38,904 nt of DNA, taken from the IMG/VR virus record IMGVR_UViG_3300009509_000054. One strand, given 5' to 3'. The stretch's first letter is position 1. Each line of letters starts with the position of its first letter. A program made the position numbers and the translations under genes. Source of the DNA: a virus. The notes beneath the pieces are model-generated. The model saw only the letters and a program-made list of their open reading frames with translations, was not told the origin of the DNA and did not search any database. Shown piece by piece: positions 13,824 to 21,025 of the stretch.

Positions 13824-15764
13824 CTATGAAACGTACTTTTTCAAAGCATACAATTTAACATTCGCGTAAACAGTTCTACTGAAGTTCACACGAATTCCAT
13901 TTATCGGTCCAGAGTTAGTCCTCCAGCGAAGACGGCAATCAAATCCCATATTGCGTACTTGATTTCCACCGGACGCCCCATATGTTTCCCAGTCCCATCT
14001 CGAATGACCTCCATAGCGATATGTTCTTTCTGTTTGAAAAAGGACATCGCCATGAAACCAACCCTGTTCATCCCAATTGTTCATTTCACCAATAACCATA
14101 CCGGCAACGTCATTAACTCCATGATACCAAGTGATCGTCGGGTCGATTCCTGTTTGATGCCGAAAAGAGTAGCCAGACGAAGATGTTGAATACCAAGTAG
14201 TGCCGATGCGAGGTTCAAGATAAACATAACCGGACGAACCAGATGCTGCGGAATATCCTTGTATCAAAATGAAAAGCGCTTCGAAGGTATCGCTATCAAC
14301 CCCAGTTACAAATTGCGCATACTGTGATGGGCTTAGGGTAATTTCTTCAATCAGATACCATGCTCCGTGTATGAATTGAAATTGTGATCCATCCCACACC
14401 AACGATTTATTCCGGTCACTTGTTCCAAGAGCCTGACTATAGATTGCATTGCCACGAATGTTGTAAACGCTTGTATCGATTCCGGCACCAGGTACCCCGG
14501 TCAAGGTACTGTTAGAATGACTATGCGTGTCATTGCCAACAACAGTCGCGCTCGGTGTTCCTGTGACGTCTCCTGCCAATGAAAATCCACTATCCAATAG
14601 CACAACTGAACTGCCGCCTACTCCGTCATAATATTTGAGCTTACCTGTGTCAGTCCGATAGAATATGTCCCCACCAACAAGTGATGATGGATCAGAACCA
14701 GCCCCACTAATAGAGATGCGATCGGCTTTTAATACTGTAGATGCCCCAGCACCTACCCATGTCTTTGCATAGATATAGTCTGGCCTATTGGCCCCAGAGG
14801 CTCCGATATTGCCACCGCCATCCGTATTCCATAGCAGATTCTTTGAAGAGCCAACAACAGTGATGCCCTCAGTGTACAATGGTCCTAGCACTGGGTCTCC
14901 GACTACCCCGCCCACAGCATCCCAGGTGGACCCATCGCCGCCCACTTGTAACAAATCATTTGTGGTGCGTATCGGGTTCAGTATTCCTGAGCTAGTGCTA
15001 AGTAGGGTGAAGGCCCCGCCAGCGGCTCCATCATAATATCTTAGCGCCCCGCTATCCGTCCTATACCAAATGTCGCCTGCGACTGGCAAAGATGGATCAG
15101 AACCAGCACCAGTAAACGAAATACGATCACTTCTAATGTAAACAGACGCCCCAACTTTTATACTACCCGTGCCAACGAGCTCGACATCTGGATTATCGAC
15201 GGCATTGCCGAGCCATATTTTCTTGGTGTTGGCGCTACCAATGTTGACATCGCCATTTTCCCCAGCACCCAACCCACCACTTATGCCTCCTGGGCCACCG
15301 TTAATATTAGCGTCACCGCCAGTACCACCTGGGTAAGCTAAACTTCCAGCACCACCCGCACCACCAGCAACTTGGCTATACCCACCCGTACCAGGAACTT
15401 CCCCAGGCCCTAAACCAGCCGCGCCAGCGTCACCGCCAGTTATAAGTAATGGGCCACCCTCACCACCAGCTAAACCGCCTCCGCCATCACCAGCCGGACC
15501 CCCAGAGATACTTAATTCATAGCCCGCAATGCCGCTGGAAGTTTGTTTAGCCTTGATGTCCATCTGTCCCTGTGGCTGTATATCAAGGCCGTCAGCAATA
15601 GTCAAATTAGCGCCGGAGATACTAACGCCATTAGATGCATTCACCGACCCAGATGCATCAATACCAGTGAAATATATTGTATCCGGAATGCGTCTATCAG
15701 ATAGGCCACCGAGATTGCGTTTCTCGCCAGCTACGTCATTTAAACAAACTACATGAACTGTCAT
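13824..15764 (-). CDS. Tail fibre protein with phage-tail-fibre repeats (Pfam Phage_fiber_2-like) and a Gly-rich region
   Basis: Two copies of a roughly 42-aa repeat are present: RSDRISFTGAGSDPSLPVAGDIWYRTDSGALRYYDGAAGGAFTLL and KADRISISGAGSDPSSLVGGDIFYRTDTGKLKYYDGVGGSSVVLL. There is also a long Gly-rich stretch, GGGGLAGGEGGPLLITGGDAGAAGLGPGEVPGTGG.... Confidence 0.75.
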   Translation of the reverse strand: MTVHVVCLNDVAGEKRNLGGLSDRRIPDTIYFTGIDASGSVNASNGVSISGANLTIADGLDIQPQGQMDIKAKQTSSGIAGYELSISGGPAGDGGGGLAGGEGGPLLITGGDAGAAGLGPGEVPGTGGYSQVAGGAGGAGSLAYPGGTGGDANINGGPGGISGGLGAGENGDVNIGSANTKKIWLGNAVDNPDVELVGTGSIKVGASVYIRSDRISFTGAGSDPSLPVAGDIWYRTDSGALRYYDGAAGGAFTLLSTSSGILNPIRTTNDLLQVGGDGSTWDAVGGVVGDPVLGPLYTEGITVVGSSKNLLWNTDGGGNIGASGANRPDYIYAKTWVGAGASTVLKADRISISGAGSDPSSLVGGDIFYRTDTGKLKYYDGVGGSSVVLLDSGFSLAGDVTGTPSATVVGNDTHSHSNSTLTGVPGAGIDTSVYNIRGNAIYSQALGTSDRNKSLVWDGSQFQFIHGAWYLIEEITLSPSQYAQFVTGVDSDTFEALFILIQGYSAASGSSGYVYLEPRIGTTWYSTSSSGYSFRHQTGIDPTITWYHGVNDVAGMVIGEMNNWDEQGWFHGDVLFQTERTYRYGGHSRWDWETYGASGGNQVRNMGFDCRLRWRTNSGPINGIRVNFSRTVYANVKLYALKKYVS

Positions 15765-16147
15765 TTATTCAGGCCCTTTTGAGCGGGCTCACGATACAGG
15801 AAAAACTCTCCGTTGCTTTCTTCCTTTATGACATCTTGTGGCCCGACTAACAAATGTCCAATATCAGCTTTCTTCTCAAAAGAAAGAGCATATCGCCTAA
15901 GCCTAGCAATTTCCTTATCTTTGGCGGCCAAATCCTGCGTTAATTTTGCATTATCTTCTCGCAAGGTAGCAATTTCATCATATAATGCGACATTGCTTTC
16001 TTTTAGACTAAATAGGCGCACTTTAAGTGCGTCCGTTTCCGAAAGTTTTTCTTTGTTCTGTGGCGCTTTAACTGCATCTATTTCGGGAAGTTTTTGTTCC
16101 GCTTCAAGCGCACTATCCGAGGCAAGTTTTCCCTTATTCTGTGTCAC
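15761..16147 (-). CDS. Coiled-coil protein (128 aa), possibly a fibre assembly or chaperone protein
   Basis: It has a heptad-rich KEIARLRR / LREDNAKLTQDLAAKDKE region and ATGA coupling on both sides. Confidence 0.45.
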   Translation of the reverse strand: MTQNKGKLASDSALEAEQKLPEIDAVKAPQNKEKLSETDALKVRLFSLKESNVALYDEIATLREDNAKLTQDLAAKDKEIARLRRYALSFEKKADIGHLLVGPQDVIKEESNGEFFLYREPAQKGLNK

Positions 16148-17922
16148 AACTTCACTCCTTCCACAAAGAGACTTATATCTGGAAATGTATCTATGGTTTC
16201 CTTGGTTATTTTATTGTTGCCGCTATCGCGAAATCTTCTCCTGGAGGCTTTAAACCCAACAGCCTCTAATTCGGAGCATATCATGTCGCGGTCATATGCC
16301 GACAAGTGGTTAGGAGCTATCAATGACCAAAACTTTTCTATTTGCGATGGTGCTGCATGGCATCCCTCATTAATTTCATCGAATTCACTTAATGCTCCTT
16401 CGTTGTACATTTGCATTAATTTCCTGGCGTCTGGGCATGACAATCGTAAAACTCCTCCTGGTTTTAAAACTCTATAGCACTCAGCAACGAATGCCCTTCC
16501 ATCGTCATATGTAAGATGTTCGATTAAATGGCTAGAAAAAATAATATCAACAACATTATCGTCATATGGCAAACCCTTGCGGACGTCGTGCTGCTTAAAT
16601 AAATATCCATAATTAGACGCAAAAGACGATAAATCATAAATATCGATGTTCGTCCACCCATAATAAAACATGACCGAAAAAGACCCCAAATTCAATTTCA
16701 CGGTGCCATCTGGTGGAGGAATAATAGGGCCTTGTTCCAAATCGTTTTTATGGATAACCTCATGGCTATGTGGCAATTTGCTAGCCCACCATCCCAACGG
16801 CTTCAATGTACAATGTGTTTTGTCAAATCCATCATCGTTATCGCCCGGATCTATTCCATGAAGACCCCTCTTTGATACTCTTGCCATCTCTTCTATCACG
16901 TTTTCTATCTCATTTTCTGGAATGTGTTCCAGAACTGCGCAACTAAAAATGAGATCAAATTGCTTATCCTTGATAGGCCATGGAATTTGTGTTATGTCCC
17001 ATACCTGAACCTCATCAGTTGCACGAGTCAAATAACAGTGTTTTGAAATATCGAGGCCACCAACGGTTACGCCATGATCACACAGACGCTTTAGAGTATA
17101 TCCCCTTGCGCAACCAATTTCCAACACACTTCCCGGATTACGCTCCATAATTTTCTCAAAAGTCTTGAAATGAGCAGGATAATCCCAATAACCTTCTCTC
17201 GCGTAACCACCCCAAACCCCACCGCCTTCAAAATATTTCCTATCGAACGCTATACATCTCTCGTTATGCGACAACAGTTTCCTATCATTTTTCTGCTCAA
17301 TTACCTTCCTCGGCTTAGAAAAAACCAATAATACCTCCTGTGGCCGAACAAAAGATGATAATTCAATGCTGAACAATAGTCCGGCATCATAGCCTAAACT
17401 AATCCACCACGATGGGTGCATAAATGTTTGGTGGCTAGGATCACCATATGGAACATTTTTATCGTCCAATGAGATTGGAACATTAATTAGTACATGACTT
17501 TTGGTGATGCGCGCCATTTCTTTAATAATAGATGGCATAAACTCAATTTCTACATGCTCAAGCGTCTGAGAAGAAAAGACACAATCAAATGATTCTGAAT
17601 CGTATGGAATGCCATCGCGTATATCCGCCATCTTCAATTTGCCAGCGACATTTTTGTCGCAATTTTCAATAGCCCATCGGCTTATATCACATCCTTCAGC
17701 ATTAATTCCACGTTCCATAAACGCCCGGCATGTAAAACCTAACGCGCAGCCAACATCGAGTACAGATGCGGGTTTGAGGTTTTGGGCAACAAAAGAGGCT
17801 AAACGGTTACAATTATCCTCCTCGTTCTCCCAGATAAATGGAAGTGCGTACCCACTCTTAGCGCCTGGCTTGAAGTAAGACTCGTCAAAATAATCAGCAG
17901 AGATCCGTTTTTCCATCACCAT
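16144..17922 (-). CDS. Multi-domain class I SAM-dependent methyltransferase (three tandem MTase-like domains)
   Basis: Three motif-I-like segments are present: VLDVGCALGFTCRAF...GCDIS, VLEIGCARGYTLKRL...GLDIS, and a third Methyltransf_11/23-like domain ending in LKPGGVLRLSCPD. Confidence 0.8.
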   Translation of the reverse strand: MVMEKRISADYFDESYFKPGAKSGYALPFIWENEEDNCNRLASFVAQNLKPASVLDVGCALGFTCRAFMERGINAEGCDISRWAIENCDKNVAGKLKMADIRDGIPYDSESFDCVFSSQTLEHVEIEFMPSIIKEMARITKSHVLINVPISLDDKNVPYGDPSHQTFMHPSWWISLGYDAGLLFSIELSSFVRPQEVLLVFSKPRKVIEQKNDRKLLSHNERCIAFDRKYFEGGGVWGGYAREGYWDYPAHFKTFEKIMERNPGSVLEIGCARGYTLKRLCDHGVTVGGLDISKHCYLTRATDEVQVWDITQIPWPIKDKQFDLIFSCAVLEHIPENEIENVIEEMARVSKRGLHGIDPGDNDDGFDKTHCTLKPLGWWASKLPHSHEVIHKNDLEQGPIIPPPDGTVKLNLGSFSVMFYYGWTNIDIYDLSSFASNYGYLFKQHDVRKGLPYDDNVVDIIFSSHLIEHLTYDDGRAFVAECYRVLKPGGVLRLSCPDARKLMQMYNEGALSEFDEINEGCHAAPSQIEKFWSLIAPNHLSAYDRDMICSELEAVGFKASRRRFRDSGNNKITKETIDTFPDISLFVEGVKL

Positions 17923-18953
17923 CCCCCCGTGTCAATCGCTTCGTATGCTAATTCTTCATAACGATCAATCATTTTGGCGACAGAAAATTGTGCTGCCCAT
18001 TCAATACAATCGGCAGCTTTAAGTGAAGCCACGGCATTAGATTTTATTAACTCTTCTACTTCCGTTTGCGTTTTAACTAAGAATCCAGTAACGCCTTGTT
18101 TTATGGTCTCACGCATAGCGCCATTGTCAAATGCTATTACTGGCATTCCGCACAGCTGGGCTTCAACCGGAGCCAATCCAAATGGCTCCCTGAACAAGAG
18201 ATTCATATGCAGCAGCGCTTTGTTTGTGGAAAAGAACTCAACGGCGCGCTCTCTGTTTACTCCACCCCAATATTTAATATTGTGCTGGGCTTGCATTTGC
18301 ATTCTCTGTGCTAATTGCGGCTCTCCAGTTAACTTATCGTCACCGACAAGATCAAGCCCTATGCGCAACTTTCTAGCTATATCGGTTGCTATCTGGGGGC
18401 CTTTAATACGACTGATACGAGCCAGAAATAAATATCGATCATTTCTTTTGACATCCTTGGCTTGTTTATAAAAATCAACGTCAACACCATTATATGCGGT
18501 CCTGGTAGGGACTCCCCATGCCTCCATCGCGCCAACGCCTTGATCATCAGAAATCGACACTATACATGGATGCAGTATTGGTGGTGCAGATTTATACATT
18601 GTGTCGGCGGGGGCATGAATAACCCCAAGAATAGGAGTTGCCAGACGCCCCTCGATTCTCAACATATACGACCATTTCTCCCACGAATTGTCTATAATCA
18701 CATCGAAATTTGGCAGTTTATCCCAATACCCAGAATAAGCTTGTTTCTCTGACTCATTCAATGTTGTTCCATGGAGCAACACACCATCTGGTGGCGTCGA
18801 ACCTCGCGGCGCAACGAGCAGCACGGTGTGCCCTCGCCTAGAAAGCCCGCGTGCTTGCTGCCATGCAACCATTTCTAAACCAGAGTATCCTGGCGGTGGG
18901 CAAGTAATCACAGTGGTAGAAATAATGCAGATTTTAAGCTTTTTTTTGTTCAT
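17916..18953 (-). CDS. Glycosyltransferase, GT4 (GT-B fold) family
   Basis: The C-terminal EPFGLAPVEAQLCGMPVIAFDNGAMRETI matches the GT4 E-x7-E / retaining GT-B donor-binding motif. The N-terminus KICIISTTVITCPPPGYSGLEMVAWQQARGLSRRGHTV is also typical of the family. Confidence 0.8.
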   Translation of the reverse strand: MNKKKLKICIISTTVITCPPPGYSGLEMVAWQQARGLSRRGHTVLLVAPRGSTPPDGVLLHGTTLNESEKQAYSGYWDKLPNFDVIIDNSWEKWSYMLRIEGRLATPILGVIHAPADTMYKSAPPILHPCIVSISDDQGVGAMEAWGVPTRTAYNGVDVDFYKQAKDVKRNDRYLFLARISRIKGPQIATDIARKLRIGLDLVGDDKLTGEPQLAQRMQMQAQHNIKYWGGVNRERAVEFFSTNKALLHMNLLFREPFGLAPVEAQLCGMPVIAFDNGAMRETIKQGVTGFLVKTQTEVEELIKSNAVASLKAADCIEWAAQFSVAKMIDRYEELAYEAIDTGGW

Positions 18954-19585
18954 GGCGATAACGGCGAAAGGCCCCTTTCGTCAGCAATAGAGAACCCAAG
19001 ATGCTGGCATCTAATCGAGGTGTCCACTACAATGTCAAATCCAGCTCTTCTCGCCTTCCTTGAAAAGGCGAAGTCTTCGCTGCACTTTTCTTCTTCTGGA
19101 ACATCATTACGATCCAGAAGCCACTCGAACCATGGTTTGGCGACAGTTTCCAATACTCTCCTGTTAATTAAAAGACACCCACTACCAACAAGATCAACCT
19201 TAACAAGGGTCCCAGGTGTGAATTGTGTCGCCCAAACAGGCCTTGGGCTGGCCTCTAACATCATAACTGGTACGATAGGTTCTGCGCGCCTATAATATAG
19301 ACCACTTACTATGTCGCGCTCATGCGCCATGAGACGAAGAATGGTGTCATGCGGAGCAACTACGTCGTCATCCAAAAAGAATAACCACCTAAATTCACCT
19401 GACAATGCTTTTTCAACACCTGTGTTCCTTGCGTGGTCAAATGGCATGCCAGACAGAAACATATAATTAGAACCTGGGGGCAATTGGATGTTCCTGAAAC
19501 TTTGTGCCCAGACAGATGGGACAGTGCCGCGAGTCAATATGACCATCAATACGTTGGGGGTCTGGAATTCCCACGCTCCTGGCAT
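18950..19585 (-). CDS. Probable GT2-like (GT-A fold) glycosyltransferase
   Basis: It has an FFLDDDVVAPHD DxD-type motif and a downstream acidic EDFAFSRKARRAGFDI segment. It is ATGA-coupled to the GT4 gene. Confidence 0.55.
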   Translation of the reverse strand: MPGAWEFQTPNVLMVILTRGTVPSVWAQSFRNIQLPPGSNYMFLSGMPFDHARNTGVEKALSGEFRWLFFLDDDVVAPHDTILRLMAHERDIVSGLYYRRAEPIVPVMMLEASPRPVWATQFTPGTLVKVDLVGSGCLLINRRVLETVAKPWFEWLLDRNDVPEEEKCSEDFAFSRKARRAGFDIVVDTSIRCQHLGFSIADERGLSPLSP

Positions 19586-19608
19586 AATATATATCTCTCA
19601 AATATGGA

Positions 19609-19642
19609 AAGAGGGGGATGCTAGGTGTAACATCCCCCTCTT
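19609..19642. terminator. 12-bp perfect stem (AAGAGGGGGATG / CATCCCCCTCTT) with a 10-nt loop, followed on the minus strand by a moderately U-rich stretch; intrinsic terminator or attenuator downstream of the fibre gene
   Basis: Seen directly. It lies between the fibre gene stop at 19654 and the start of the GT2-like gene at 19585. Confidence 0.55.
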
Positions 19643-19653
19643 ATATACAATCA

Positions 19654-20484
19654 CTAGACTATTGGAGCATTGCCATATATCTGGGTTTCCACATCTACTG
19701 CGATTTTTGTCACTCCTGCTACCATCCCCATCCATTGAATCCAAGTGCCGGACGCTGATGGTGATTGTACGGTCGGCCACCCGCCAGAGCCAACGAATAC
19801 TGTCTTTCTGACATCTCCAGTAAAATCATAAACAGCGGCAAGCTCAATAACCCCCTGTGTGTAGACAGCTCCAGCATCACCCGATGCAATGGTGGCATTT
19901 AGAAAGCCAATCGCTGGCATCCTATCTGGATCAAATGCATTGGCTGTAATAAGTTCGCCGTTAGAATTGATGCTGACACAATAGCCACCGCTTATTGGCT
20001 CGGCTGCCGTATAATTAGTATCATCAATGGTAGCGCGTGCAAATTCTACGGTTATCCCAGACGCCAGGTGGGCGCTGCCCACCTGTCCTGAAGCAATATT
20101 GCCAGATGATATGGCCCCCTCACCAATCTTGCCGGATGTGATGGCACCAGACGCGACATTGCCAGTATTAACTGATCCGTCGCCCAGTTTACCAGATACT
20201 ATGGCACCAGATGCTACATTGCCAGTATTAACTGATCCGTCGCCCATCTTGCCGGATGTGATGGCACCGGATGAGACATTGACCGTATTGACTGACCCAT
20301 CACCCAGCTTGCCAGAAACGATGGCTCCGGACGAGACATTGACCGTATTGACTGACCCATCGGCCAATTTACCAGATGCGACAGCGCCGGACGCCAGCAG
20401 TTTATCTGCAGCAGTAAACTCGCCAATCTGTTTGGCAAATTGGCCAGATTGAGGATAAAATTTAATACCATATGCGTCAGCCAT
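19654..20484 (-). CDS. Fibre/spike protein with five tandem 20-aa repeats (SGAIVSGKLGDGSVNTVNVS)
   Basis: The protein-level repeat occurs five times. It corresponds to the 60-nt tandem repeat seen directly in the DNA. Confidence 0.7.
   Translation of the reverse strand: MADAYGIKFYPQSGQFAKQIGEFTAADKLLASGAVASGKLADGSVNTVNVSSGAIVSGKLGDGSVNTVNVSSGAITSGKMGDGSVNTGNVASGAIVSGKLGDGSVNTGNVASGAITSGKIGEGAISSGNIASGQVGSAHLASGITVEFARATIDDTNYTAAEPISGGYCVSINSNGELITANAFDPDRMPAIGFLNATIASGDAGAVYTQGVIELAAVYDFTGDVRKTVFVGSGGWPTVQSPSASGTWIQWMGMVAGVTKIAVDVETQIYGNAPIV
20095..20400. repeat. About 5 tandem copies of a 60-nt unit (consensus approximately GCCAGTATTAACTGATCCGTCGCCCAGCTTGCCGGATGTGATGGCACCAGACGAGACATT) inside the fibre CDS
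   Basis: Seen directly: consecutive 60-nt blocks starting at 20161, 20221, 20281 and 20341 are near-identical. The blocks at 20101 and before are more diverged. Confidence 0.85.
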
Positions 20485-20492
20485 ATCTCCTC

Positions 20493-21005
20493 CTACTGTG
20501 TGGTTATTACTTCATCTATTTGCAGTATCAGTTCATCTGTATTTTTGGCTGTACCTATTGATTGTAACACTATTCCTGATCCGGACGGCATCGGAGTGAC
20601 TATACCGCCTGGGGTGGCTGGATCAACCCAGTATTTGGCCCCAGACACTAAACCACCCGTTTTCGCGATAAACCCGCTCACTTTGCCGACGTATCTGACA
20701 TACCATCCTCCGGCATCAACCTTCACAGCAAAGCCAATTATTGGCATTGTAGCCTGGCTGGTTGCGTCTGCACGATCGACGTGGTTGGTACTATCGACAT
20801 ATACAGCATCTAGTAATGCAACAGACGCACTAGAAGCAAATAATTCGTCACTTGTGGTGCCGCCACCAATCTTATCGTTGATTTCAGCGAGAACATTTTC
20901 GGTACTCTTTGGAGATGATGCGAACCTCTTGCCGCGATCGATAACTTTAATATCTTGCGCAGTTAATTTTTTTACTAGACGTGCTGCATTTGTTTCGTCG
21001 CCCAT
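20493..21005 (-). CDS. Hypothetical structural protein (170 aa)
   Basis: An ORF in the structural run, without motifs. Confidence 0.5.
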   Translation of the reverse strand: MGDETNAARLVKKLTAQDIKVIDRGKRFASSPKSTENVLAEINDKIGGGTTSDELFASSASVALLDAVYVDSTNHVDRADATSQATMPIIGFAVKVDAGGWYVRYVGKVSGFIAKTGGLVSGAKYWVDPATPGGIVTPMPSGSGIVLQSIGTAKNTDELILQIDEVITTQ

Positions 21006-21025
21006 ATGATATTTTTGTACCTGAT

